This document shows positions 21,284 through 31,582 of a DNA stretch of 64,000 nt, one piece after another. The stretch's first letter is position 1. The number at the start of each line of letters is the position of its first letter. Both the position numbers and the translations under genes were made by a program. Below the pieces are notes generated by a model that was not told the origin of the DNA, did not search any database, and saw only the letters and a program-made list of their open reading frames with translations. Origin of the DNA: Candidatus Poribacteria bacterium (lineage in GTDB: Bacteria; Poribacteria; WGA-4E; WGA-3G); the NCBI GenBank assembly GCA_965205025.1, contig CBDBFU010000015.1:1-64000 (forward strand). Reading direction: 5' to 3'.

Positions 21284-24200
21284 TTACAATTCCTCCCCAC
21301 TAATTTCCAACACCGACAACCGCTCAACAATCTCTACCGTCTCCAAACTCACACTGATAACCTTCCGAATCAGATCCACAATATACGTTTCATCATCTGC
21401 GCGGTTCGGATCGTTCATGATACCGCTCCGTTTATCTGTCTTCACACGATACTGATCCACCACCCACTCCAATGCCGAACGGTTGCCTAACCGATACGCA
21501 AACGCTTCCGCAGGGATGCCTGCCAATGTCAAGAAATCGTTGTATTTTATCTGTGTTTTGTCTTTAGAGAATTTCATCTGCTCTACACGCCAATCCAGGG
21601 ACATCCCTTCAGTTTCAATCATATCAAGTTTATGTTTCGGCTGATCCTCATAATGGACATGAATCTCCGCCAACCGCCTTCCCGTTTCGACAAACTCCCA
21701 AAATTCAGGAGCAAACGGGATATGCGGCAGATCCCGTTTAAGGTTCACTTGATACCGCTCACGATACGCAGGATGATGCAGGAGTGCATAAATATAATGA
21801 AAAATATCCCATTTGGTGATGTTAGCGTCTCTGTAATACTCTCGAAATTGTGCCAATGCCCAATCTGTGATGTTTTCCCGGCAGTTCGTGCCATCCTCAT
21901 TATAGATATAGAAAGGAAAACACTGCGTAGGGGATCCGAAGCCACCTGTCGCAACCTGTTCGAGAATGCAGTCAGTCATGAGACAGGTAAAGGGTTTCTC
22001 TCGTGAGACATTGACACAGATTATTTGATTTTCAGTTTCGGTCTGAGGTGTCGGAAAAAAAGATGGAAATACATATACTCTCTCTACAATGAATCTGTCA
22101 AAGTAAAGACGAGACTTTGTGAACGGACGGTAGAGCGTCTGTCGTATTCTTTCTGAACTGAATTCTGCAATGTATCCGCTTATCAATTTCTGTTTTAAAC
22201 CTGAGCTCCAACTAATTCTCTCGTTGTCATACGTCACAAAATCATCAACATTCTGTGCCGTTTGCTGCTGCCATTTGAGTGTTTGTGTATTGTAACTATC
22301 TATCATTCGCGTAACATTATTACCGAGGACATCTCGGTTAAAGTTAATTGCCCACGCATCGCGATTTGTCTTCACTCCGCTACTAAATTGGTGGAAAATC
22401 ACACCTGAAACCTCGCCTTTTGCTGCTTTAAATTGCTTACTCCCGATCGGCACAAAGGTTTCAAAGTCTTCGCGCAGTCCTTCGGTGAGCCATGTCTGTC
22501 GCGCATCGGGTTGAATAGAATCCCAGTTGATATTTCCGGTATGTTCGTACTTGTCCAGAAAAGCAAACGTTGCCTCTTTATTCATCTCCGCTGTCTCACT
22601 GTTGTAAAAAATACGGGTAGGTCCTTCATCCTCTTGTCCCTTTTTCACAAAAAAGTTAATACTCACTCCCACCTGAATGTCAAACACATTAGAATCTCCA
22701 CCATGCCCTTTACGGATATTGCCCCCCAAGTCCAACAGATAGATTTTATCACACGCATCGGATAGATGTTTCCGCATCCCATCAAACGCATGACCATCAA
22801 TAAAGTTGTGATTCGTCACAAACGCGACGATCCCATCTGTTTCAACTCTATTTAATGCCCAGTGGATTGCTTTGACATACGGATCGTAGAGTGCGGTTTT
22901 GTTCGTTGCAGTAGAGGCTTCGACGTATGTTTCCTGAATCTGTCTGTCTAAATCGGGATACTTACGGTTCTTGTTGGCATCGTTCTCGTCCATCTGCCGT
23001 GCATTGTAAGGTGGATTACCGATAACCACGAACATTTCTGTCTGTTTCTGTTTTTCAACCCGCCGCGTGTTCTCCAGCGCGAACAGGGATAACTGACGCT
23101 CGGTTGTCAGATCGAACGTATCCACAAGGCAAAGGTGGTCAAAAGGTTGATACTGCTTTGTGGCGACATAAAACTCATGCTCAATGTTCATGCTGGCAAT
23201 GTAGTAAGGCATCAGCAACACTTCATTGCAGTGGAGTTCATGGCTGTACTTCGACTTAAGTGCAGTTTTATCAATCGCTTGTATAAGCCGAACGATAAAG
23301 TTACCGGTACCAACGAACGGATCGATGATGTGAACGCCTGTATCCGAAAGTGAACGTCCAAACTCGGTTGCAAGCAGATGTGAGACGCTTTTCACCATGA
23401 AATCAACGATCGGCTGCGGTGTATAGACGATGCCGTGTGTATCAGCAACCTTGACCGAAAAACCTTGAAAAAACTGCTCATAAACAGTATTGAGGAAATG
23501 TTGTTTCTGTGAGAAGTCGATAAAGGTTGCAGCAGCGCGTTCAATCGCACCATAGAATGGATTGAGATCTCGGAGGAACTCGGAACGATTATAAGCCTGC
23601 CATGTGAGCGCATCAATCACATTTTCAATTTCACGTGCGATGATATTTCGGCGCGTGAAATCGGGATTATCAAAAACAGTGCGGAAAATTCGTTCTGTCA
23701 AGAGATGTTGAATGAGCATCTCTTCGACAGCAGATTTTGAGAGGTTCGGATTTATTGCCTCTTGACAGTGGCGATAGAAGTTCGCGAACGCCTCCTGAAA
23801 CAGAGCGTTGGTTGCCTCTTCGTTTTGGATTAAAGATGCGGCGTGTTCACCAAGGGCTGGCACTTTGTCCTTGAATTCAACAGCGGCGCGTTCCCAGTTA
23901 GCAATATCCTGCTGTTCATAACTGTAGAAGACGTGAAGCACCCGGATAAACGCATCCGCGTCATCGATACCGATATCCATAACCTCTTGTCCATCTTGAT
24001 AGAGGACGGCGCGTTCTTGGGTTGTGAAGAGTATATTATCCCGCGGATAACCTGCGTCAAATTTCTGTCTAACCGCAGTAGCCAGATTGTCGTGGAGATC
24101 CTTCGCTTCCCAGTAGCCGCGCGGCAAGCCAAAGACGTTATCGGTAAACATACCATCAAGGTAAATTGTGGTATGTTGCGGTGTTCGAAGTGATTTTTCG

Positions 24201-24358
24201 CAGATAAGTGTCAGATTATTTTGTCTGGCGTAGTGTTGGAGAAGTGTTGCAAAGGCAAGTCGGATTTCGGTTTCATTTGTCGCGCCGATATTCTCGTATT
24301 GTTTCAATTCTGCATAAAATGTTTGGATAGCTTTATGTGTAGGTTTGATGTTCCGCAC
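21284..24358 (-). CDS. Type ISP-like/Type IIG restriction-modification enzyme (N6-adenine MTase plus ISP-type specificity domain, no helicase)
   Basis: YWEAKD nuclease-like motif, GIVYTPQPIVDF, DPFVGTG motif I, GNPPY motif IV, SSGVKTNRDAW, YRPFTK, GNRSALEWV. Confidence 0.88.
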   Translation of the reverse strand: MRNIKPTHKAIQTFYAELKQYENIGATNETEIRLAFATLLQHYARQNNLTLICEKSLRTPQHTTIYLDGMFTDNVFGLPRGYWEAKDLHDNLATAVRQKFDAGYPRDNILFTTQERAVLYQDGQEVMDIGIDDADAFIRVLHVFYSYEQQDIANWERAAVEFKDKVPALGEHAASLIQNEEATNALFQEAFANFYRHCQEAINPNLSKSAVEEMLIQHLLTERIFRTVFDNPDFTRRNIIAREIENVIDALTWQAYNRSEFLRDLNPFYGAIERAAATFIDFSQKQHFLNTVYEQFFQGFSVKVADTHGIVYTPQPIVDFMVKSVSHLLATEFGRSLSDTGVHIIDPFVGTGNFIVRLIQAIDKTALKSKYSHELHCNEVLLMPYYIASMNIEHEFYVATKQYQPFDHLCLVDTFDLTTERQLSLFALENTRRVEKQKQTEMFVVIGNPPYNARQMDENDANKNRKYPDLDRQIQETYVEASTATNKTALYDPYVKAIHWALNRVETDGIVAFVTNHNFIDGHAFDGMRKHLSDACDKIYLLDLGGNIRKGHGGDSNVFDIQVGVSINFFVKKGQEDEGPTRIFYNSETAEMNKEATFAFLDKYEHTGNINWDSIQPDARQTWLTEGLREDFETFVPIGSKQFKAAKGEVSGVIFHQFSSGVKTNRDAWAINFNRDVLGNNVTRMIDSYNTQTLKWQQQTAQNVDDFVTYDNERISWSSGLKQKLISGYIAEFSSERIRQTLYRPFTKSRLYFDRFIVERVYVFPSFFPTPQTETENQIICVNVSREKPFTCLMTDCILEQVATGGFGSPTQCFPFYIYNEDGTNCRENITDWALAQFREYYRDANITKWDIFHYIYALLHHPAYRERYQVNLKRDLPHIPFAPEFWEFVETGRRLAEIHVHYEDQPKHKLDMIETEGMSLDWRVEQMKFSKDKTQIKYNDFLTLAGIPAEAFAYRLGNRSALEWVVDQYRVKTDKRSGIMNDPNRADDETYIVDLIRKVISVSLETVEIVERLSVLEISGEEL

Positions 24359-24594
24359 GCTTTGTTCAACTCCTGATTTATATTCTAACCACTTGTGCCA
24401 AATAAATGATTTGATACTGCCAAAGTAGGGTTGTAGTGGAGTTTGAGAACCTCAAGGTTGTCATCTTCAATAAAGAGGTTTTGGAAGGTGTCAATGTTTA
24501 GAGAGTCATCGCGGGGAAACTTTAGTGTTGTTTCAGTGGGAGTTATGTGGTTTTTTGGACTTTATCAATAGGTTTTGTCATCAATACATTTCCT

Positions 24595-24972
24595 TTATGA
24601 ATGAACCCAGTTACCTCTGATATTTCTTATCACATTATTTGAACTGAGTATATCCAACTCACTTACTCTGGAGAATGAATTGGGACTTTGTGCCTTTTGG
24701 ATATCAATACTAACCATTTCCAATTTTTCCGAAGTAAATTCTGTCTGTGTTTTGGGGTTCAGGAACGGTAGCATTCTGCCTAATAATGGTTCAATACGTG
24801 TAACTAACAGAATATAGGCTATGATTGATAAACATACCGTAACGATTGTCGCGATTTTTATAGACAGTCCAAGATATAGCAGGACTGGATAACACGCCAT
24901 AAGTGGGATAGTAATTAATACTGCACCAATTAACCAACAGGTGTTTTCTTTAATTGTCTTTATGATGTTCAT
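24595..24972 (-). CDS. hypothetical membrane protein
   Basis: two hydrophobic helices; overlaps the upstream ORF. Confidence 0.6.
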   Translation of the reverse strand: MNIIKTIKENTCWLIGAVLITIPLMACYPVLLYLGLSIKIATIVTVCLSIIAYILLVTRIEPLLGRMLPFLNPKTQTEFTSEKLEMVSIDIQKAQSPNSFSRVSELDILSSNNVIRNIRGNWVHS

Positions 24973-25225
24973 CTCTTATTTCCTTTTTCAATTCTCGGTA
25001 AGTTCGAATCGTTGTTTTGGCAATGAATCGTAATGCACCAACTATACTCACAACAATCAAAGTTACATATCTGATGTATTCCATAACTTGAGGCCATTTG
25101 GCTCCGATGGTATAGTTAACAAGTTGGGTCAGACCATAACCTAATAAAATATAAACGACAACATACAATGCTTCAAGAACTATGACAAGTAGCGAGTTTA
25201 GGAAGACGATAAACTTATGTTTCAA
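24950..25225 (-). CDS. hypothetical two-TM membrane protein
   Basis: 91-aa ORF with two hydrophobic helices and a basic C-terminus. Confidence 0.6.
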   Translation of the reverse strand: MKHKFIVFLNSLLVIVLEALYVVVYILLGYGLTQLVNYTIGAKWPQVMEYIRYVTLIVVSIVGALRFIAKTTIRTYRELKKEIRDEHHKDN

Positions 25226-25288
25226 TTATATCTCGTTGTTGTAGATGTTTTACCGGTATGCTTGATAAGTTAGGAAATTCCCAAGCAA

Positions 25289-25810
25289 TTAGGATGTAGC
25301 ACCTTGTATCTGTCTGTCTTCTGTTGTGGAGGCAGTATTAGCAGTTTCTTCTCTTTTAATCATGATTCCATCAGGACCAGTTAATTCAGGTACCAATAAA
25401 GTTTCCCCCTCTTTAAGTTTATGGGCGATGAATGCTATACTCTTAAAAATATGTTCATTGATAGCATCATTGTCTTTGTCAATGTTTAGAGCTTTCGCCA
25501 TTGGCAGTACAAATTTCTGAAGTATCTCATTGAAGATAGGATGTTGACTATAGGTCAAAAGTTCTAAAAGCAACATGGCTCTATCTATAAGTGTATCGGT
25601 ATCATCAGCGGAAACGGATTTTTTATCTGCCATACCGCGTAGAATGACATATCCAACGCTCCACCACATCGGTGCCATAAATTTAGATGAGTCTTCGGCA
25701 GCGAATTCTTTAAAGTAGGGTTGGCATTGTTCCGCGAGATAACGTTCAAAATCGGTAATGTGTTTTTCTGCCCACTTGAGGTTGGCTTTGTGCATTTTGC
25801 TTTGTGCCAT
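25289..25810 (-). CDS. hypothetical helical protein
   Basis: 173-aa ORF; no motif recognised. Confidence 0.65.
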   Translation of the reverse strand: MAQSKMHKANLKWAEKHITDFERYLAEQCQPYFKEFAAEDSSKFMAPMWWSVGYVILRGMADKKSVSADDTDTLIDRAMLLLELLTYSQHPIFNEILQKFVLPMAKALNIDKDNDAINEHIFKSIAFIAHKLKEGETLLVPELTGPDGIMIKREETANTASTTEDRQIQGATS

Positions 25811-25996
25811 TGTTTCCGCTCACTGTACACTGGATAGCATCAAGTAGAATTTAAAAAAATAAATCCTACGGAACGTTGTCAACATATACTCTGATATGAA
25901 TTTGCGATTAAGTTTAGTATAGCGTACTAATAGTCTTATGTCAAATCGTTATATTGAAATCACCTGTTCTAAAAATGGATACTGCGTAAGTCCTAT

Positions 25997-27169
25997 TTAA
26001 TTTACTGATTTTGCCCTTTCAGTCATAATTATATTAAGAACTTCATCAGCAATAAAGAGACGATTTCGCTGCCGACCTGTCATTTCTCTTAATATACCTT
26101 TTTCCACAAGATAATCAACACCACGTTGAACCGTAGTAAATATCTCATTCCATTCTTTTGCTAATTTTGAAACAGAGACAAGTGGTGTGCTGAACAAATG
26201 CTCAATTAACGTATTTACAACTCTTGGCACCCTTGTTCCCAAAGCTAATTCTCTATACTGTTCTCTTAAGGTAAGCAGCCTTTGAATTGTCAGTAACGCA
26301 TCTACTGATTGTTCACAAATCCCTTTTAAAAAAAATGTAATCCAACGATTCCAATCACCTTGCTGACTTACATTCAATAGGAGTTCGTAATAAGTCTCTC
26401 TATGCCGTTCAAAATAATCCGAAATGTAAAGAAGTGGTTGAGATAATATCTCTTTTTCAATTAACATTAGAATAATCAGGAGTCTTCCTATTCTTCCATT
26501 TCCATCAACAAATGGGTGAATTGCCTCAAATTGATAGTGAACCAATGCACATTGAATTAAGGGTGGTTCTTTTGCTTTGGAATGGATATACCTTTCCAGT
26601 TCTGAAAAACACTCTTTCATTTCAGGAACTTGTGGTGGTACATAAGTGGCGTCCATCAGAGTGCATCCCGGTTTACCGATCCAGTTCTGGGTCGTACGCA
26701 TTAATCCCGGAGTCGCCTGTTCTCCACGAACGCCACGCATTAAGATTTCATGCATTTCGCAGATTAATCTTGAACTTACAGGTAACTTCTCCATTCTCTT
26801 TATCCCATACTCCATTGCGTCAACATAGTTTGCAAGTTCCTGTACATCAGGCATTTCTGGTGTTTCAGTCTTATCTACTTCAAACAGAAAAAGTTGATCC
26901 AAACCAGATTGTGTATTTTCAATTCTGGAACTCATGACCGCTTCCCTTCGGATGAATGGACCAATTAATAAGTGTGGATTGGGTAATAGTTGTCCTGCTC
27001 CAGACAATTCTCCCAGTTTTATGTTTGCTTCTGAGAGAAGATTTGCCAAATCCCAATCCAAGTCAATTTGTGGTGGCAGCGGATTTGGAACATAATACCA
27101 ATACGGGTGTTTACCTATACTGCGAATACATTTACCTGCACTTGAATTTCTAAAATTTTCTGGATTCAT
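25997..27169 (-). CDS. Fic family protein (N-terminal domain, Fic core, C-terminal wHTH)
   Basis: EAVMSSRIEN, HPFVDGNGRIGR, TGRQRNRLF. Confidence 0.93.
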   Translation of the reverse strand: MNPENFRNSSAGKCIRSIGKHPYWYYVPNPLPPQIDLDWDLANLLSEANIKLGELSGAGQLLPNPHLLIGPFIRREAVMSSRIENTQSGLDQLFLFEVDKTETPEMPDVQELANYVDAMEYGIKRMEKLPVSSRLICEMHEILMRGVRGEQATPGLMRTTQNWIGKPGCTLMDATYVPPQVPEMKECFSELERYIHSKAKEPPLIQCALVHYQFEAIHPFVDGNGRIGRLLIILMLIEKEILSQPLLYISDYFERHRETYYELLLNVSQQGDWNRWITFFLKGICEQSVDALLTIQRLLTLREQYRELALGTRVPRVVNTLIEHLFSTPLVSVSKLAKEWNEIFTTVQRGVDYLVEKGILREMTGRQRNRLFIADEVLNIIMTERAKSVN

Positions 27170-27181
27170 TTTAATTGCTTC

Positions 27182-27284
27182 ACGATAATAAAGATTTTCT
27201 TATTATCGTTTAGACCACTTTACGATAATAAAGATTTTCTTATTATCGTTTAGACCACTTTACGATAATAAGGATTTTCTTATT
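27182..27284. repeat. 40-bp tandem repeat (about 2.6 copies), each unit with a palindrome; likely operator of the fic gene
   Basis: ACGATAATAA-AGATTTTC-TTATTATCGT-TTAGACCACTTT, 12 nt upstream of the fic start. Confidence 0.85.
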
Positions 27285-27353
27285 TCTATAAACGTGAATA
27301 AGTGTAAATAAGTCACAAAACAATTCTTATACCAATTCAATTTGATTAGTTTA

Positions 27354-27384
27354 ACGTGAGTTTGATAATAGGTATATGAACTTC
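27354..27384. mobile_element. orphan left end of the MITE family seen at 15700
   Basis: ACGTGAGTTTGATAATAGGTATATGAACTTC vs ACGTGAGTTTGATTATAGGCGTATGAACTTC. Confidence 0.7.
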
Positions 27385-28026
27385 TTTTTCCATAAATATC
27401 ACTCTATAGAATTAAAAAATGAAGAAAACACCCATTTCTAACAACTAACATACATATATCACAAAAACAGAAAAACATATTGATAATATTTGTCAAAATA
27501 AAATTAAGAGTTACAGAAAAAAGATTATAGGTTAGAACACAAACCAAAAACCAATAAGTAAAAAAGAACAACTACGGACTACATATTCATAGGAGAATAA
27601 ATGATGACTATCAATAAAAATGATCCTAATTGTAAAGTTTCATATACGTCAAAAAAGCATACATTTTTAACCGTTGGGAATGTCAAAATCAGAAAGGACA
27701 AAAAGAACACAAAATCACACTTTTTAGAAATTCTTATAAAGTCAATTCAAAGTGGAGTAAAGTCAGTCTATAACAGGACTTACAGGGATAATTTACACCA
27801 ATTTCAATGTCACACCGTGTGACAAAAAGTGTAACTTTTTCCATTTTTTCGAGGTATAGAGAAATGCAATAACAATACGATCTACTCTCTGAGTATTTAG
27901 GATTAAATGACTGTTTTTAGACCTTATTTTTTGTCTGCATATTAGGATTAACAATTCTAATTCAGGAGAAACTGAGTATCTAATGATAAGTCTATTCTTT
28001 ATTCAGTTTTGTATATCAAAAATACC

Positions 28027-28099
28027 GTACTCCAGCGGAGTACTATGTCTATAGAAAACAATATCGGAACAGTCTAGCACTCCAGCGGAGTGCTATGTC
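28027..28099. repeat. REP-like hairpin doublet, 50-bp period
   Basis: GTACTCC-AGC-GGAGTAC and GCACTCC-AGC-GGAGTGC, each followed by TATGTC. Confidence 0.8.
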
Positions 28100-28526
28100 C
28101 TAATACACTTCGTATGAAAAACATATAAGTACTCAATATACAATTAAGTTATATAATATATAACTTATGTGATTCACGAAGAATTGGCTAATTAAAATTA
28201 TAAACCCTTATAGAATAAGGCTTCGTAGAATTGCTCCGTGAAGGTTTCCGTGAAAGTGCTATCATCTCAAAACGATAAATATTAACACTTTTGCCAATCA
28301 CATTATCCACATATACCGCATTATTATATATAACCAAACTTGCAAGAATTTAATGCGTATGTCGTATCGAGAGTTTAGAGATAATTATTGGTATCCACCC
28401 ACAAAAGTAGCATGATATTCATACTAAAAACTTTACATACCCGACCTGAGTTAAGAATTGTCAGTAAACACAATACGTGCTATAATTCCAGATGAAATTA
28501 TAACACAATTGATAAAGGAAACATAG

Positions 28527-29597
28527 ATGAATAAAAACTCAATAGAACTACTTGAAGCGTTGACACAAGCTGACGGAATTCCCGGATTTGAGGATGAAGT
28601 ACGAGATCTCTTTCGGGATAGAGTCTCTGATGTAGGTGCTATCGGCACTGATAGATTAGGGAGCATTTATTGTACACGGGAGGGTAGTTCAAAAAGCCCG
28701 CGTATTCTTCTTGATTCACATTTAGACGAAATCGGGTTTATTGTTCAAAAAATAACCGATAATGGGTACGTAAAATTCTTACCACTCGGTGGTTGGTGGG
28801 GACACACATTATTAGCACAAAGGGTTAATATCACAACAAAGAACGGTAAAGTTCCAGGAGTTGTAGGTTCAACGCCACCACACCTACTCGGAGGCGGTCG
28901 TGATAAAGTATTAGAGGTAAAAGACCTATATATTGATATTGGAGCTGAAAATGAAGAACAAGCTAAGGAAGAATATGGTGTAATTCCCGGTTGTCCAATT
29001 GCACCGTACGGTCCCTTTATGCGGTTAAAAAATGATAAATTACTTACGGCTAAAGCATTTGATAATCGTGTCGGTGTTGCACTTGTAATAGATTCATTAT
29101 TGAATCTTGACGAACATCCAAATACAGTTATCGGTGCTGGATGTGTACAAGAAGAAATCGGATTGCGTGGGGCAAAGACATTAGCAACAAGTGTGGAACC
29201 TGACCTGGCAATTATCCTTGAGGGACCACCGGCAGACGATACCCCTGGAATAGATGGGGGTGTGACAGAAGGAAAACTTGGTGAAGGCGTTCAAATTCGA
29301 CTAATTGATTCTTCAATGATTGTAAATCCAAAATTATCAGATTATGTGATTGAAACAGCAAAGAAGCATGAAATTCCCTACCAACTCGGTGTGCGTCAAA
29401 CCGGTGGAACAGATGGTGGTGCAATTCATCAATACAGCAGAGGTGTACCATCTATAGTACTCGGTGTTCCAGCCAGATATATCCATAGCCATGTATCTAT
29501 TATAAATGTTGATGATTACACAGCAGCGTTGGAATTGACATTGCATCTTGTAAGAGAAATAGACACATCTGTTTTTGAAGGATTTCTGTTTGATTAG
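28527..29597 (+). CDS. M42 family metallo-aminopeptidase
   Basis: SHLDEIG, KAFDNR, QEEIGLRGA, GGTDG, RYIHS. Confidence 0.95.
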   Translation: MNKNSIELLEALTQADGIPGFEDEVRDLFRDRVSDVGAIGTDRLGSIYCTREGSSKSPRILLDSHLDEIGFIVQKITDNGYVKFLPLGGWWGHTLLAQRVNITTKNGKVPGVVGSTPPHLLGGGRDKVLEVKDLYIDIGAENEEQAKEEYGVIPGCPIAPYGPFMRLKNDKLLTAKAFDNRVGVALVIDSLLNLDEHPNTVIGAGCVQEEIGLRGAKTLATSVEPDLAIILEGPPADDTPGIDGGVTEGKLGEGVQIRLIDSSMIVNPKLSDYVIETAKKHEIPYQLGVRQTGGTDGGAIHQYSRGVPSIVLGVPARYIHSHVSIINVDDYTAALELTLHLVREIDTSVFEGFLFD

Positions 29598-29669
29598 AAG
29601 ACACCTTACTTCACCTATTCCAAAATCCATTATATACAATAACAGCATTCAATTGTATGGAGGAAGATA

Positions 29670-30509
29670 ATGGAAACAACCTTACCGAAAATATCATTTT
29701 GTAATCACGAGTTAAGTAAACTGGTCATTGGTGATAATCCGTTTTACGGTTTCTCTCACTTTAATCAGCTTTTATCACAGCATCAAAAAGAATACAATAC
29801 TCCAGAGCAGGTTGTGAAGACGTTACAAAGAGCGGAGGAAGTGGGTATTAACGGTTGGCAAAATAGTATAACGGAACGTTCCCAATCTGACCTACAACGT
29901 TTCCGTGACATAGGTGGAACGATGCATTGGTTCTGCCTGAGTTGGAGTTCTGAATGGTATGAAAACCCTGATAAGGTTTTTGAGGATGTAAAGCTGAATC
30001 CTATTGGAATGGCACCACACGGTGGAGGCGTTGGTCAACGTTGTCTCAGAGAAAAGAAATTCGATCTATTGCAGGACATCCTGAAACGGATTCGTGATAC
30101 GGGTGTCCTTGTTGGTTTATCTGTGCATGATCCGAAGCTTTTGCATATTGCTGAAGATGAAGGGTGGGACATAGATTATTATATGACTGCACTTTATAAC
30201 CTTCATGGAGGTAGTGACAAGTTTCGTGAAAAGTTTGGCTATGCACCATTAGGTGAAGTATACGCTCGTGAAGACCGTGAAGAGATGTCCGAAGCTATTC
30301 AACGAACAAAAAAACCGTGCCTAATATTCAAAGTTCTCGCTGCAGGTAGGGTAATCGGTAGTCAACAACAAATACGGGATGAGCTAAAATATGCCATAGA
30401 CAACTCAAAACCAAATGATGCCTTGTTGTTAGGTATGTATCAGCAATTCTCTGATCAAATCGGTGAAAATGCTGCAATGATAACAGACTTATGTGCAGAA
30501 TTAAAATAA
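29670..30509 (+). CDS. hypothetical protein, aldo/keto reductase-like TIM barrel
   Basis: SKLVIGDNPFYGFSH, GLSVHDP, FKVLAAGR. Confidence 0.7.
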   Translation: METTLPKISFCNHELSKLVIGDNPFYGFSHFNQLLSQHQKEYNTPEQVVKTLQRAEEVGINGWQNSITERSQSDLQRFRDIGGTMHWFCLSWSSEWYENPDKVFEDVKLNPIGMAPHGGGVGQRCLREKKFDLLQDILKRIRDTGVLVGLSVHDPKLLHIAEDEGWDIDYYMTALYNLHGGSDKFREKFGYAPLGEVYAREDREEMSEAIQRTKKPCLIFKVLAAGRVIGSQQQIRDELKYAIDNSKPNDALLLGMYQQFSDQIGENAAMITDLCAELK

Positions 30510-30551
30510 AACGGGTTTTGTATTACGCTTAACATTCCACGGAGACTGAGA

Positions 30552-31535
30552 ATGGAAATGCGCCCTTGCGGTAAGAGTGGAATTGAGATTTCGCCGATGG
30601 GAATCGGGTGTTGGTCTTATGGAGGTGGAGACTATTGGGGACCACAAGCACAGTCGGATGTTACCGCAGTAGCACACGCAGCATTGGATGCTGGGATTAA
30701 CTTCTTTGATACTGCTGAAGGTTACAACGAAGGACGAAGTGAAGAAGCACTCGGAATTGCGTTGAAGGATAGACGGCACGAAGCTGTCATCGGTACGAAG
30801 ATTGGAACACCAGATCCATCAATAATACGTGAACGGTGTGAAGCAAGTCTAAGTCGATTACAGACAGATTATATCGACATTTACATGATTCACTGGCACC
30901 ACGATGAATTTCGAATTGAAGATAGCATGGCAGAATTAGTCAAATTACGTGAGGACGGTCTTATTCGTGCTATCGGTGTTTGCAACTTTGGTGTAGAACA
31001 ACTCACTGCAGCACTTGACACTGGAACTGAAGTAATAACAAATCAATTATGCTACAACCTACTATCACGTGGAATTGAGGTGGAACTTCTACCATTATGT
31101 CAAAAATATGATCTCGGTATTTTGGGTTATATGCCTCTATTACAGGGTCTATTGACAGGAAAATATAAGAGTGCTGATGAACTTCTACCCGTTCATTCCC
31201 GCTTCCGACATTTTAGCAATGATCGTCCCATGGCAAAACATGGTGAACAGGGAGCAGAGGAAGAAGTATTTGCTACATTAGAAGGTATCCGAAAGATTGC
31301 TGAAACCGAACAGATTCCAATGAGTCAACTTGCTATTGCATGGACATTGGCAAAACAGGGAATTACATGCATGCTCGTTGGCACACGAAATACCGATGAA
31401 TTGAATATGAACTTACGTGTTTTTGAATATTCACCTACAATGAGCGTCATTAAAGAACTTGATAGATTAACCTTACCACTCTTAAAGAAAATGGGTACAA
31501 ATCTGGATTATTTCCTGGGTAAAAGAACTCGATAG
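30552..31535 (+). CDS. aldo/keto reductase
   Basis: GINFFDTAEGY, SLSRLQTDYIDIYMIHW, IGVCNF, NQLCYNLL. Confidence 0.95.
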   Translation: MEMRPCGKSGIEISPMGIGCWSYGGGDYWGPQAQSDVTAVAHAALDAGINFFDTAEGYNEGRSEEALGIALKDRRHEAVIGTKIGTPDPSIIRERCEASLSRLQTDYIDIYMIHWHHDEFRIEDSMAELVKLREDGLIRAIGVCNFGVEQLTAALDTGTEVITNQLCYNLLSRGIEVELLPLCQKYDLGILGYMPLLQGLLTGKYKSADELLPVHSRFRHFSNDRPMAKHGEQGAEEEVFATLEGIRKIAETEQIPMSQLAIAWTLAKQGITCMLVGTRNTDELNMNLRVFEYSPTMSVIKELDRLTLPLLKKMGTNLDYFLGKRTR

Positions 31536-31582
31536 CTTGTATAAATGTGATTACAACCCACTTCAAATAAAGGAATATTCTT

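Noticed and set aside
27182-27284. Possible mini CRISPR array
   Set aside because: The intervening 12-bp sequences are identical rather than unique spacers, and no cas genes are present
27601-27822. 73-aa ORF in an AT-rich spacer
   Set aside because: It has an RBS-like AGGAG but no recognisable motif; support is insufficient
28145-28167. Perfect AT-rich palindrome TAAGTTATATA-A-TATATAACTTA as a dif/Xer site
   Set aside because: Spacer length and arms do not fit the dif consensus; low complexity
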